Positions 38,166 to 52,917 are shown, numbered from the whole stretch's first letter. The stretch is DNA of 63,999 bases, filler included, from Octopus bimaculoides (GCF_001194135.2; 5 parts of 5 records of this genome joined end to end with filler, not necessarily neighbours in it), one strand, 5' to 3'. Notes: generated from the sequence alone by a model not told the origin. Program-made: numbers and translations.

Positions 38166-38977
38166 NNNNNNNNNNNNNNNNNNNNNNNNNNNNNNNNNNN
38201 NNNNNNNNNNNNNNNNNNNNNNNNNNNNNNNNNNNNNNNNNNNNNNNNNNNNNNNNNNNNNNNNNNNNNNNNNNNNNNNNNNNNNNNNNNNNNNNNNNNN
38301 NNNNNNNNNNNNNNNNNNNNNNNNNNNNNNNNNNNNNNNNNNNNNNNNNNNNNNNNNNNNNNNNNNNNNNNNNNNNNNNNNNNNNNNNNNNNNNNNNNNN
38401 NNNNNNNNNNNNNNNNNNNNNNNNNNNNNNNNNNNNNNNNNNNNNNNNNNNNNNNNNNNNNNNNNNNNNNNNNNNNNNNNNNNNNNNNNNNNNNNNNNNN
38501 NNNNNNNNNNNNNNNNNNNNNNNNNNNNNNNNNNNNNNNNNNNNNNNNNNNNNNNNNNNNNNNNNNNNNNNNNNNNNNNNNNNNNNNNNNNNNNNNNNNN
38601 NNNNNNNNNNNNNNNNNNNNNNNNNNNNNNNNNNNNNNNNNNNNNNNNNNNNNNNNNNNNNNNNNNNNNNNNNNNNNNNNNNNNNNNNNNNNNNNNNNNN
38701 NNNNNNNNNNNNNNNNNNNNNNNNNNNNNNNNNNNNNNNNNNNNNNNNNNNNNNNNNNNNNNNNNNNNNNNNNNNNNNNNNNNNNNNNNNNNNNNNNNNN
38801 NNNNNNNNNNNNNNNNNNNNNNNNNNNNNNNNNNNNNNNNNNNNNNNNNNNNNNNNNNNNNNNNNNNNNNNNNNNNNNNNNNNNNNNNNNNNNNNNNNNN
38901 NNNNNNNNNNNNNNNNNNNNNNNNNNNNNNNNNNNNNNNNNNNNNNNNNNNNNNNNNNNNNNNNNNNNNNNNNNNNN

Positions 38978-39024
<47 letters not shown>

Positions 39025-39286
39025 TGTATGTATGTATGTATGTATGCATGCATGTATGTATAATGTGTATGTATGTATGTATGTTTGTGCGCGTATATGT
39101 GTGTGTTTAGAAATATATATCAATTTGCGTTTAGTCCGTTTGATTTGTGAATATGCCATAGTTTGCATCATTGCGAATCCTATCTTTGTGTGTATGTCTC
39201 TCTTTTTCTCTCTCTCTCACTCTCTTTTTCTCTCTCTCTCACTCTCTTTTTCCAGATGCACACTTACAGTAGATATATATATATTG

Positions 39287-39369
<83 letters not shown>

Positions 39370-39654
39370 ATGTATATATATACATATTTCTAACGGCCAA
39401 GCTGGTTGTTGTTGTTGGTTCTGTTATCCATTTATTATCCACCAGTCTCTTTCTATCTGGATATATTGACATGCACTGCTGTGATTTGTTGTAACAGGAC
39501 GGCCACCTTTAGATGGTCTACAACAACAACAACAACAACAGAATTAACTACAACATTGCTGACTTCAAAACGGTGACGGCGACGAAGACCGCGATGACAA
39601 TGACGAAATCTGTTACGACAACACATGATGCTTCTTACTAAGAGTAATAATTCT

Positions 39655-39853
39655 TTCTACCCGAAATTTGGAGGCAGCAGTTTCGTAAATCATATCGATC
39701 CCAGTACTCGACTGGTGCTTATTTTATCGACCCCTAGAAAGATGAAAGGCAAAGTCGGCCTCGGTGTAATTTGAACTCGGAACGTAAAGACGGAAGAAAT
39801 ACCGCTAAATCTTTTGCCTGGTTTGCTAACGATCCTCTCAGCTCGTCGTCTTA
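39655..39853 (-). mobile_element. SINE family A
   Basis: Reverse-complement core and head. Confidence 0.8.
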
Positions 39854-40914
39854 CGACTAGCAGTAATAATGGTTTTATTCATCGACACATGCGCACACAT
39901 TTAGAGAAGAATTGCAGGACACTTATAACCACCTCAGTACTTCACAGGTACTTAATCAACCTTCGGATTGATGAAAAGGAAATTTGACCACGGCGACTTG
40001 TTTAAAAATCAGGAGTTAAAGATTAGATAGTCAACCTTCATCGAACCGACAAGTAAGCAAAGGTATGCCAACCATGGCTATCCCTCTATTTTAGAGATAA
40101 CTCAGACTTTTTTCCCAACAACTCTCGGGTTTGTTAAGGCAATCGGTACAAATGCAATTCAGTAAGGAAAATGACGTAACTAAAGACGTCGCCATGTATT
40201 GCTTAGGACGCCACTGTGAGTGCAATTCCACCATCGTTATGCTACTACTACTACTAATAATAAGAAGAATACTAGCAACAAAATTATTTGTCACAATATC
40301 AATAAATACCAAAATATTGCAATAATCCCGACTAATCTCTTGGAATAATCTAGTTAGTACACAGGACGTCTTTATAATGTTTTCTTTTATTAATAATAAT
40401 GTTGCAATTACTAATAATTCATGTTGACTCAGCACAAAGGCTGAGATGTAGAGAGGGAAAGTGAGTTATGAGGACGCTAATGTAATCAGATCATGATCAT
40501 TTTTATAATTACCATATGGTCAGAATTGTTATCGTTAAAACGACTTGTCAATAATGGAGTCGGTAATGAGGATGGTGATGATAATAATGATTGCTATATT
40601 GGAGTGTGTGTGTGTTTGTTTGTATGTATATTTATATATGTATATTCACACACACACACACACACACACATAAATATATATATGTATATATATAGAGAGA
40701 GAGGGGGGGACCAGAAAGATAGACAGACAGACACACACACAGATACACACGCGTATGTATATATAACATACTCACACATGCAACATACATATACAAATAC
40801 TGGTAATGCCCTGCGGTTAACAAGTTTGCATCGCAACCCCCTGCTTCCGTATTAAATTCCATGACATGGCATTGTGGGTAATTTTTTTCTTGGCCTCCAT
40901 CTGATCAGTACCAC

Positions 40915-40959
40915 CTGGGTGAATTTGGTAGACGCACACAGACACAAATACATACGTAA

Positions 40960-41000
<41 letters not shown>

Positions 41001-41207
41001 TTTAATACTGGTTCCCACCACCATCATTTGGCAAGCGATGCTCGTTTGTTTACGTCCCCGTAAATTAGATAAAAGAGACCGATAGAATACGTACCAAACT
41101 TTTAAAAACATAAGTACTGAGGTATATTTTTTCGACTAAGCCTTTCAAGACGGTGCCCCAGCATGACCGCTGTACATTCAAAGAAACGCGTAAACGGTAA
41201 AAGAAAT
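40915..41207 (+). mobile_element. SINE family B 3' part
   Basis: gaatttggtagacg, microsatellite, tail. Confidence 0.8.
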
Positions 41208-41399
41208 ACATATATACGTACATGTATATATATATATATATCTGAGTATGTGTGAGTGAGTGTGAGTGTGTGTCTGTGAGTGTACATTATCAAGCCCGCG
41301 TGTGCGTGTGTCCGTCTTAAAAATGGAAACGATTGACTATCAATATAGGTCAACATGCAAAAAAAAATCGATAATGCTTGCATTAAAAGAGTTGCTTGT

Positions 41400-42190
41400 A
41401 ACTCAAGAACTTGAATTTTGTTTTACCTGTGCAGCGCTGTTGCTTACCCGCAGATAGATCCTTCGCTATCTGTATAAACCCCTAACCAGCAATTCTCATT
41501 CATTTCGAGGTTGACTCGAGTTTACGGCACAGATGATCTGAAATAACGGTGAAATATCGACATCTGTCGTTCTCGTTCACCGCTGGACGATTTGTCTCGC
41601 CTGGTTTTGAGATATGCCGTGAACGTGTTTCTACTAAGCTCTTCCTCTGGTGGAAATATCGTAGCTAAGAAAATAAAATTGCGTTTAACTACACACATAA
41701 CATCAAGCACGTGACATCAATAATGTTTACAATATTTGAGCGGCTTCTAACTCGAAATTTGAATCTAGAAAATAGTTGCGAGCATGCTCAAAACTAGAAT
41801 GATTTTCATCAGCGTATCACCGATAGTTACAGTGTGGTCAAATAACAACAATCCAGACGTGGATTTTCTTGATGTTGGCGTCTTGCCCCAGGTAAACTCA
41901 TTGAGTAGATCTGTAACGAAAGGCATTCTTGTAGCATTTCCATCATTTTTCTCTGTACTGGGTAATGAAGACAATATTTATGAAGCGAATTTTCTAAAAC
42001 AGTGAGGGGAAGGTGATTTGAAAAGATTCAGCTGCTATTTCTAGATGCTCCTGTGTCAATCGGTTGGATGCAGCAGTTCTGAGGTAATGAACATTCTTGT
42101 ACCGACTGAAAAAGACCAGCATTTTCTAACGCCACCTTCTTCAAATTTATAGGGAGTTAGTATAACTGAATGTCCTTTATAAACACGGAC
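41400..42190 (-). mobile_element. Possible copia-type RT/RNase H remnant, heavily decayed
   Basis: TWGKTPTSRKSTSGLLLF (cf. DWAGDxxTRKSTSG), KIILVLSML (cf. KQxxVALST), NQARQIVQR*TRTTDVDI (cf. DNQxAI..RTKHIDI) in the expected order. Weak. Confidence 0.4.
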
Positions 42191-42271
42191 GAAGCAACTG
42201 TATGTGTGTGTGTGTGAGCCTTCTAGCTGTCAGAAGGACGAAGGCAAGCAAGCAGTACCTTCGAAATTGTT

Positions 42272-42466
42272 CTCTTTTACTCTTTTACTCTTTTACTTGT
42301 TTCAGTCAAATGACTGCGGCCATGCTGGGGCACCGCCTTTAGTCGAGCAAATCGACCCCAGGACTTATTCTATCGGTCTCTTTTTGACGAACCGCTAAGT
42401 TAAGGGGACGTAAACACACCAGCATCGGTTGTCAAGCGAAGTTGGGGGGGGAACACAGACACACAA

Positions 42467-42525
<59 letters not shown>

Positions 42526-42584
42526 CGACAGGCTTCTTTCAGTTTCTGTCTACCAAATCCACTCACAAGGCTTTGGTCGGCCCG
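42272..42584 (-). mobile_element. SINE family B, cut by a gap
   Basis: Reverse-complement tail, (CA)n and CORE-like segment. Confidence 0.9.
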
Positions 42585-43809
42585 NNNNNNNNNNNNNNNN
42601 NNNNNNNNNNNNNNNNNNNNNNNNNNNNNNNNNNNNNNNNNNNNNNNNNNNNNNNNNNNNNNNNNNNNNNNNNNNNNNNNNNNNNNNNNNNNNNNNNNNN
42701 NNNNNNNNNNNNNNNNNNNNNNNNNNNNNNNNNNNNNNNNNNNNNNNNNNNNNNNNNNNNNNNNNNNNNNNNNNNNNNNNNNNNNNNNNNNNNNNNNNNN
42801 NNNNNNNNNNNNNNNNNNNNNNNNNNNNNNNNNNNNNNNNNNNNNNNNNNNNNNNNNNNNNNNNNNNNNNNNNNNNNNNNNNNNNNNNNNNNNNNNNNNN
42901 NNNNNNNNNNNNNNNNNNNNNNNNNNNNNNNNNNNNNNNNNNNNNNNNNNNNNNNNNNNNNNNNNNNNNNNNNNNNNNNNNNNNNNNNNNNNNNNNNNNN
43001 NNNNNNNNNNNNNNNNNNNNNNNNNNNNNNNNNNNNNNNNNNNNNNNNNNNNNNNNNNNNNNNNNNNNNNNNNNNNNNNNNNNNNNNNNNNNNNNNNNNN
43101 NNNNNNNNNNNNNNNNNNNNNNNNNNNNNNNNNNNNNNNNNNNNNNNNNNNNNNNNNNNNNNNNNNNNNNNNNNNNNNNNNNNNNNNNNNNNNNNNNNNN
43201 NNNNNNNNNNNNNNNNNNNNNNNNNNNNNNNNNNNNNNNNNNNNNNNNNNNNNNNNNNNNNNNNNNNNNNNNNNNNNNNNNNNNNNNNNNNNNNNNNNNN
43301 NNNNNNNNNNNNNNNNNNNNNNNNNNNNNNNNNNNNNNNNNNNNNNNNNNNNNNNNNNNNNNNNNNNNNNNNNNNNNNNNNNNNNNNNNNNNNNNNNNNN
43401 NNNNNNNNNNNNNNNNNNNNNNNNNNNNNNNNNNNNNNNNNNNNNNNNNNNNNNNNNNNNNNNNNNNNNNNNNNNNNNNNNNNNNNNNNNNNNNNNNNNN
43501 NNNNNNNNNNNNNNNNNNNNNNNNNNNNNNNNNNNNNNNNNNNNNNTTCTCCATGCTCATTCTGTGTGTGTTTGTGTGTGTGTATTTACAGCTGTGATTT
43601 CCAGATTACTGTGCATAAACGTGTAACAAGAATACGGTTTGTTTATTTTTTAAATATTTTATTTTAGCTTTTGGTGGGAGGGATATGTGTATGCTATCTA
43701 TACTTATGTTATCGTTTGTTCTGCTTTTCTTCAAGTTAACATTAACATAATTAATAGAACAGAACGCATATTATTCTCGGTATATTATATATATAAGTAT
43801 ATATGTATG

Positions 43810-43858
<49 letters not shown>

Positions 43859-43997
43859 CATACATATGAATATTTAAACTAAGACATTTAGGTTGTAGCG
43901 TGTGTGCATGAATAAATGCAAACACCAAACGGTAATTTCACCAAGAAATACTACGGACAAACACAGCCACAGAAATATGCAGAAACAAACGTTTAGC

Positions 43998-44032
<35 letters not shown>

Positions 44033-44584
44033 GCGGACGTACGCTTACATGCTCGGAAAAGCAGAAGCACGCACAAACACAGAGCAGAGTATTACATGTG
44101 TAACGCGGTGTTTTTAAATATGTAATTCAATAGAGAATATCTACGCAATTAGTCGACTAAACTCCCTCCAAAGCAACAAACGCTGATAATTGTAATGATC
44201 ACGATCGTAAGATTGTGAGTTCGGTTCCCTACTTCGCGTTGTGTCCTGGAGTGCTCATCCACTCACGGAGTGCCCAGCCAACGTGCGATCGAGAGCGAAC
44301 AAACCTGAAACCACGTGCTTCAGAAGCAAACTTCTTGATCACACACACATACAGGCATTCATATAGACATGCATAGATACAACTAGATAGATAGACAGGA
44401 TGGTAGTTAACTCCTGCTAAATTGATATAGTGCGGTATTCGTTCAGGCTGACAGTCATACAGATCGAATGACAGGCATTTTAAAGACATAACTCATTCGC
44501 AAATATGCAAATATTGGTGCATGTACGTATTTGATACTTCATATCTGATGGATATACAAACATAAATTTGCACAGACAAACGTG

Positions 44585-44641
44585 CTTAGATACATCTACC
44601 TATCTTAGATACATCTACCTATCTTAGATACATCTACCTAT
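44585..44641. repeat. 19-bp minisatellite x3 (cttagatacatctacctat)
   Basis: Three perfect units. Confidence 0.95.
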
Positions 44642-45614
44642 ATATATATGTATATATATATAGATAGATAGAGATAGATAGATAGATAGATAGATCGATA
44701 GAAATGTAGGTAGGTAGGTAGGTAGTTACATACATACATATGCATGCTTACACACACACGCGCACACACACGCACACACACTCACACTCACACACACACA
44801 CACACACGCACACACACACACACATGNNNNNNNNNNNNNNNNNNNNNNNNNNNNNNNNNNNNNNNNNNNNNNNNNNNNNNNNNNNNNNNNNNNNNNNNNN
44901 NNNNNNNNNNNNNNNNNNNNNNNNNNNNNNNNNNNNNNNNNNNNNNNNNNNNNNNNNNNNNNNNNNNNNNNNNNNNNNNNNNNNNNNNNNNNNNNNNNNN
45001 NNNNNNNNNNNNNNNNNNNNNNNNNNNNNNNNNNNNNNNNNNNNNNNNNNNNNNNNNNNNNNNNNNNNNNNNNNNNNNNNNNNNNNNNNNNNNNNNNNNN
45101 NNNNNNNNNNNNNNNNNNNNNNNNNNNNNNNNNNNNNNNNNNNNNNNNNNNNNNNNNNNNNNNNNNNNNNNNNNGTACATCCATAAGTACATACGTGCAT
45201 ACTCACATACATACATATATACATATATACATACATGTGTATAGGCATGCACACATGCATACGCATGTACACATATGCATACGCGCACACATGTACACGC
45301 ACATACATACATACATACATACATACATACATACACATGTACATATATATCATGAACTAACTATTACTTTCTCAGATGCAGCACAGAATTTTGTCAGTGA
45401 ACAGGTCGCGGTCTCAAAGCGACGAAAATATTTTGACAAATTAAATTTAAATGTTGAAGTAAATCTAACGGATTTTGTGTGTTATTTTAAATGGCTTATA
45501 AACACCTTCCACGCTGCAATTATATATATATATATACATATGGAATATGGAGAGTGAGAGAGAGAGAAAGAGAAAGACAGAGAGAGAGAAAGATAGAAAG
45601 AGATAGAGACAGAC

Positions 45615-45647
<33 letters not shown>

Positions 45648-46006
45648 TTTATATTCACACACATTGAAAAGCACGCTGCAGCTATACAATATAATTATAT
45701 GTTATATGTAGGTGCGTGCAAATAGGCGATATAAACAGCTTCGAAGAATGCTCAGCAATGCCTCGCTTTTTATGGCCACGTTTGTAAGACTAACAACATA
45801 ACACGTTTGAACTTTACAGCTGTGATGTGTGAGACCCTGTTTCACATATTCTCAGAATGCCTAATTCAATGCAGAAGATGCAACAGATTCAACTTAGCGC
45901 TGTCTGCTCTCTTGGCATTATAATTCTTTGAAATTACTATCATCATCATCATCCTCATCATCATCATTATCAATATCATTATTGTTGTTGTTATTGTTAT
46001 ACAAGG

Positions 46007-46165
46007 AGGCGAGCTGGCACAATCGTTAGCACGCTGGGCGAAATACTTAGTGGTAGTTTGTCTGTCGCTACGTTCGGAGTTCAAATTCTGCCGAGGTCGA
46101 CTTTGCCTTTCATCCTTTCGGGGTCGATAAATTAAGCACCATTTGAGTACTGGAGTCGATCTAAT
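46007..46165 (+). mobile_element. SINE family A, 3'-truncated
   Basis: Head and core to gtcgatctaatc. Confidence 0.9.
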
Positions 46166-46296
46166 CCTGGTTTTCGCGTCCAAAAGCGCTTAGCTTTTAA
46201 AACGTTTCTTCAAACTTTAAAGCCCGTTGGCCTATGGCCTTTCTAGCAAGTGGCCTCTCTAGAAAATAGAGGTGGAAAAGATTTCGTTATTCTGTC

Positions 46297-46329
<33 letters not shown>

Positions 46330-46384
46330 ACACACACACACACACGCGCGCACGCACGCACATATACTTAGATAACTTAGATAT

Positions 46385-46832
46385 GTTTCGACCAAATATT
46401 TGTGCAGAGCATGTTTAACTTAATAGCACCACCTGATAGGATTATCTAAATCCCTTTTAAGTCGAGTTTAGAGGTATCAAGGTACAGTCGAGTAGGGAGT
46501 TCTTGTTAAGTGAATTGCATCCAGGTATGGGTGGCTTATCCGGTATTCCTTGAAGAAATTTGTCCAGATTCCGTTAATAAGTGATGGGATCCTTTTCCTC
46601 TTTGATCTGTTTCGGGGACAATGTTAAATAAGGCAGCGCCTGCTGAAGAAAAGAAATTGTGTTGCATTGCTATAATCCTGAATTAGGTAGTATTGACCCG
46701 TGGTCTTAAGTATGACCCTTGGTCTTAAGTATGACCCGTGGTCTTAAGTATGACCCGTGGTCTTAGCCTTGGATGAATTTTGAAGCTAAAGTTGAGGTCG
46801 TTTAGGCAATGCTGATGGTATATGCACCACAC
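46385..46832 (-). mobile_element. CR1-type LINE 3' end remnant
   Basis: Manual translation: NDLNFSFKIHPRL, QHNFFSSAGAALFNIVP, RNLDKFLQGIPDKPPIPGCNSLNKNSLLD. Confidence 0.7.
46694..46765. repeat. 19-bp tandem repeat x3.8 (tgacccgtggtcttaagta) inside the LINE remnant
   Basis: Adjacent units with no spacers; one substitution in unit 2. Confidence 0.95.
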
Positions 46833-46834
46833 AT

Positions 46835-46995
46835 GATAGGATTTTTTTGAGTTTCTATCAATGAAATCCACTCATAATGCCTTCGCCGGCCTGGGGTACC
46901 TTTAAAAGACAGTTGCCCAAAATGACTAACAGTAAGATTGAAACCAGAACCATGTGGTTGGGAAGCGAGCTACTTACCACTAAGCCACACCTGTG
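46835..46995 (-). mobile_element. SINE family B 5' half, degenerate
   Basis: Reverse complement of gtggcttagtggtaagtagctcgcttcccaaccacatggttc. Confidence 0.75.
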
Positions 46996-47475
46996 CCTAC
47001 ACACACACACACACACACGAACACATACACACATGCTTACTTAGAAATAAAAACATATATAACATATACGAATAGAAATAACTATGCACACGCACACCCA
47101 CATATACACACACAGAAGCACACGCACGCACACATACACGCATATAACGTCATCGTCATAGGCACATTCTCATAGGTTTAAGATAAGAGCTAATGAAAAA
47201 CAAACATAAAGACAACCGCAAATTGTAGCAACCAGAGCCAGAAAAACAGCAACACCACCATCATCAATAACAATACTACAGTAACAACGAGAATAAGCTT
47301 TAACAAAGAAACAAGAAAAACGTACAGCTCTTTAAAATATATCTCTTAGTGATGATGGATGTTTTTCTGTCTTGTTATCAACGTTTCTTTCTATATTTTA
47401 TCTGTCTATTTGCTTTACAGTTACTTTGACAACTGTCAATCTGTTTCACTTCACACAATCTAATCTAATCGCTCC

Positions 47476-47538
<63 letters not shown>

Positions 47539-47581
47539 GATCTGTCTGTCTGTCTCTCTCTCTCTCTCTCANNNNNNNNNN

Positions 47582-47624
<43 letters not shown>

Positions 47625-47711
47625 GTTTGTCTGTCTGTCTGTCTATCTGTTCCTGCTTGCTTTCTTTTTCTCTCTCTTCATACGAACATACATATACGCA
47701 TCTATTTTCCA

Positions 47712-47796
<85 letters not shown>

Positions 47797-47910
47797 TCTC
47801 TCTCTCTCTCTCTCTCTCTCTCTTGCTCTTTGTCTCTCTCTCTCTCTCTTGCTCTTTGTCTCTCTCTCTCTCTCTTGCTCTTTGTCTCTCTCTCTCTGTC
47901 TCTCATATAT
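47476..47910. repeat. (TCTA)n/(TCTG)n/(TC)n compound microsatellite
   Basis: Direct reading. Confidence 0.95.
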
Positions 47911-48084
47911 ACATACATATACAAACACATATATACATTATAATAGAAATGCACGTATGAAAAACTGAACTTATATAATTAGATAGATATGAGTGTGTAC
48001 GGGTGTGTATGTGTGCGTGTGTTGTATGTGTACAAGTATATATATGTGTGCAAGTACATATCTATATATATATATGCTTGTGTG

Positions 48085-48268
48085 TGTTTATCTTCCACCA
48101 TCGATTGACAACCGATGTTGGTGTGTTTACGTCCCCGTAAATTAGTGGTTCGGCAAAACAGACCGATAGAACAAGTGCTAGGCTTACAAAGAATAAATCC
48201 TGGGGTGAAAATTTGTTCGACTAAAGACGGTGCTCCAGTATGGCCACAGTCAAATGAGAAACAAAAAA

Positions 48269-48270
<2 letters not shown>
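48085..48270 (+). mobile_element. SINE family B 3' half
   Basis: Tail sequence. Confidence 0.85.
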
Positions 48271-48305
<35 letters not shown>

Positions 48306-48405
48306 NNNNNNNNNNNNNNNNNNNNNNNNNNNNNNNNNNNNNNNNNNNNTTAATTAATTAANNNNNNNNNNNNNNNNNNNNNNNNNNNNNNNNNNNNNNN
48401 NNNNN

Positions 48406-48775
48406 GTCGGTTACAACTATGACGGTTCTAGTTGATTCAATCAATGGAACAGCCTGCTCATGAAATTAATGTGCAAGTGGCTGAGCACTCCACAGACACG
48501 TGGACCCTTAACGTAGTTCTCGGGGACATTCAGCGTGACACAGTGTGACAAGGCTGACCCCTTTGAATTACAGGTACAACAGAAGCAGGAAGAAAGAGTG
48601 AGAGAAAGTTGTGGTGGAAGAGTACAGCAGGGTTCGCCACCCACCCCCTGCCGGAGCCTTGTGGGGCTTTAAGTGTTTTCGCTCAATAAACACTCACAAC
48701 GCCCGGTCTGGGAATCGAAACCACGATCCTATGGCCGCGAGTTTGCTGCCCTAACCACTGGGCCATTGCACCTCC
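48406..48775 (-). mobile_element. SINE family C, near full length
   Basis: A-box tggcccagtgg and B-box gtttcgattcc on the minus strand; body matches 11371 and 26918 copies. Confidence 0.92.
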
Positions 48776-48835
48776 ACACACATACATGCATGTATGTATA
48801 AATGTGTATTTATATATATCTACATGTATGTATAA

Positions 48836-49120
<285 letters not shown>

Positions 49121-50494
49121 TACCGATTATGTACATGAAAATTCATTGATATGTGTAATTATTATTTGGGTTCAAAGGAAAGAGGAAATGTCTTTTGGAT
49201 AACATTAATATTGAATACTTAAAAAACGAGCAGATTCTATCAGGAGGAAGAGAAAATATGAGTTAGGTAAACGGAATTATTTAAAATCTTATCTATTTAT
49301 AAATCTATAGGAAGTAAGGAATTTCGGATGGAGTAGCAAAAAAGAAAAAGATAATAAATAAATAAACAAATAAATTAAAGATCTTAGATAAAGTCAAAGT
49401 TGCTTTTTTTTTTTTTTTTTTTTTTGCAAATATCGAATATAACATAAAGATTCTTAAAGAATTTTGTTTCTGCTATCCCTGTGCTCTCTGGAGTAGTGAA
49501 AAAAATGGATTCTTATATTGTAGAATGGATAACGTTTCTTAAATGAAAGCAAATAAAAGAGGAGATAAATTCTATCAACATGTTGAAATGAAATGTATTT
49601 TTCAAATTGATTACGTACAACGTGTATGTGTTTGTTCTGAAACGGCTGGAAAGCATTACGAAACCACATTAAATACGTTTTAGAAATCTGAGACTAACAT
49701 TCATTCACATGAGAAATATTGCAAAGATTGCTTCACTGAAAACAGATTTACGGACATTATCGATAGCATCGATGAACGTTATATGATGTGTTCTGAGATA
49801 AAGAAAAAATAATATGAAAATGGCATTCTATTGTGGTAAAGTTAACTTTAAATGTTAACATTACAAGTCAGTCGGAAAGATAAAATAGGAAGCAACAACT
49901 TCAGCATGTAAACATTTTGAAATGTTAAACTTATGCGTTCCGTTTTTAATTATGAGGCTTCTTTCGTGCTGTTCCTTTATCTATAGGCATTCTAGAATGT
50001 ATTTTCGCCTGACTGAAGTTTGCACTGTTTCAACCATTAGCTTTATAGATAATCGACAAATTATTATATTGTTAATGCTTCCATCTCTTAACTTCTGGAT
50101 TGTTATCTCAAAGCTGGTTGACATTGAATATCTCTTCCAACGAAGTCGATGCTTCATAATGTCAGCAAAAGACTTAAGAAGGTGTTTTCTGAAATACCCA
50201 CTTTGTTCTCGTCCACTTTGCTTCCGTCATCGTCATTTCAGAAAACAATGCATTTATACAACATCCTTTGATATAACATTAGATATTAGATAATAATTCA
50301 TGAAAATGCATTCAGAACAGGAAGGATCCAAACAGTAACGCATCTATTCCTTCATAATACGCTCTAAGAAATTCACAGGTGAATATGGTAATCACAGCAG
50401 ACATCAGCACAAATCTGCAAATATTTTATTTGCTGATTCTAAAGACACACAGTAATGTCGAACTATAAGTTCACATATACCAGTGGTCCCCAAA

Positions 50495-51310
50495 ATTTTT
50501 TGGCTATCATTCCTAAGGCACCTATCACAACGGGTATTGTTTTAGTCTCGAAGTTCCACATTTTCCGATTTCTGTTTCAAGATCATTATACATGCTCAGT
50601 TTTTGGTAGGTTTGAACGGATCCAGTTATGTCTATTGGGACAGTCATATCAACGAGGAGGCATGATTTTTGTCTCAAGTCTCTCAATATAATGTTTGCCA
50701 TATTCGCATCTATCTTTCTGTCAGTTTGAATGGTGAAGTTCCAAAGGAGTGAGATGTGGTCATTTTCAAGCACTGGAGGTGGTTTGTGTTCCCACCAGTT
50801 TTTATCATGGGGCAGGTCCAGGTTTTTGTAAATTATATAGTCAATATATTGTGCTGCTCTATCATGCCTGTTGAGATACTCTGCCAGCGACAGAAGACTG
50901 CACATGAAGACAACATGATCAATGGTTTCATTTTGTTGTTGACATACACGACTACTGTCGTTCTTTAATATGTTGCCTTGGTAGTTTCTTGTAGGTAGGT
51001 ATTGATCGTGGGCTGCTATTATAAACCCTTCTTTTCTGATTTTATGCCAGAAGACACTAACCATTGATGGGTAAGGGCTTTGTCAACATCAGCACTCTTA
51101 GCTCTCTTAGGCTATTTGCCATTTAGAGGTTTTTGTTTCAGTTTATCAGTAAGAATATCTAAGGCAGCAGTTTTAGCACGGGTTTTCATACGCTTAGCTT
51201 TTTCTGTATTTGTTTCGAGTACATCTAATTCTGGGATTTGTTGTATTTGGAATTTGTTACTGAGTATGATGCTTTCTTGTTTTTATGCTTTAAGACAAGT
51301 TGTGGAACTT
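50495..51310 (-). mobile_element. R4/Dong-type LINE C-terminal remnant (CCHC zinc knuckle and RLE)
   Basis: ORF 50525-51064: GFIIAAHDQYLPTRNY, ETIDHVVFMC, YLNRHD, LLWNFTIQTDRKIDAN, LLVDMTVP; upstream DVDKALTHQWL; downstream PVVIGALG. Confidence 0.9.
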
Positions 51311-51742
51311 TAACATTCAGACTGACAGAGTAATAGAAGCTAGAAGGGCTAATTTAGTAATAGCAGATAAAGATTACCAAATGAGTCCCCGCTTCATGGA
51401 GCTTACACATCTTATTCAATGTGTGCGATGACCGTTTTTAATACTGCAGCAAATTTTAAAATGTGATCGAAGTGAATAAAAAATTATATGAATATATATA
51501 AGGATATTATTGTTTATAATAATATCAGTGGGCTGGGTCATTAAGATACGCTGAGGAGATACTAAGTGATATTTTCACAAAGTTCGAAATCACTGTGCTA
51601 TGGGTGTATGACTTTTCAATGTTCGATTTTTTTGTCATTGGTACGGGGTCTTAGTGATTAGTCTTTATGTAAAAGTGAAAAGTTGTGGTTTTGAGTCGTT
51701 TTGCCTGCTATTTTAGCATGCAGGTACTACCTGTAGTACCCT

Positions 51743-51812
<70 letters not shown>

Positions 51813-52171
51813 CATTATTATCATTATTATATACATACATACATACATACAGAGAGAGAAGGTAAGATGAATATATCGATAGATAGATATAGATATACAT
51901 ACAGATATGTATACAGATGTATATAGATATATATACATATGCNNNNNNNNNNNNNNNNNNNNNNNNNNNNNNNNNNNNNNNNNNNNNNNNNNNNNNNNNN
52001 NNNNNNNNNNNNNNNNNNNNNNNNNNNNNNNNNNNNNNNNNNNNNNNNNNNNNNNNNNNNNNNNNNNNNNNNNNNNNNNNNNNNNNNNNNNNNNNNNNNN
52101 NNNNNNNNNNNNNNNNNNNNNNNNNNNNNNNNNNNNNNNNNNNNNNNNNNNNNNNNNNNNNNNNNNNNNNN

Positions 52172-52235
<64 letters not shown>

Positions 52236-52881
52236 GATTCTGCAAGCATATATGAGCCCTCTGTTAATTTTTAAAAAATACGCACCTGGGCAAATTTACT
52301 TAAGGAAAGTCGCAGCAATATCAAGTTTGCTAAGAGAAAATGTCGGTGGTGTTACAATTAAAGAGTCGTTCGTCATCAGATGACTTAAAGTAGAACTAAC
52401 AATGGCCGTGAGCTGCGTGACATTAATTGATTGACTTGAACTGAGCGTTTAGAATTCGGCCTGTGTGTTGTGCGGCTTTCTTTTGTGCCAACTATTGTCG
52501 TATCCAGTTTCCCTATTTGTATACAATACAGGGGTAGGTGTTTTGTGGTCGGAATACTAAGTAACATTTCACTTACTTATTTAGCAGTTTGATTTGCTGT
52601 GCTATTTTCGCCCATAGAGGCATGCATATTATATATATATATATATATAATACATAATATATATGTTTGTGTATACATATATATGTGCATATGCATGTAT
52701 CTATATATACATATATATTTATATACATATACATATATAAATGTATATACACATATATAGATATAGATAGGTGGATAAATGAATGTATTATTTATATACA
52801 TAAACAGAAATATATATATATATTTATATACACGTGTGTGTGTGTGTGAATATATATATATATATATATATNNNNNNNNNN

Positions 52882-52917
<36 letters not shown>

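Noticed and set aside
46694-46765. CRISPR-like array (also 44585-44641)
   Set aside because: No spacers, no cas genes, eukaryotic context.
49922-50293. 123-aa ORF as a host exon or pogo C-terminus
   Set aside because: No recognisable domain or splice support; the resemblance to pogo is too faint.
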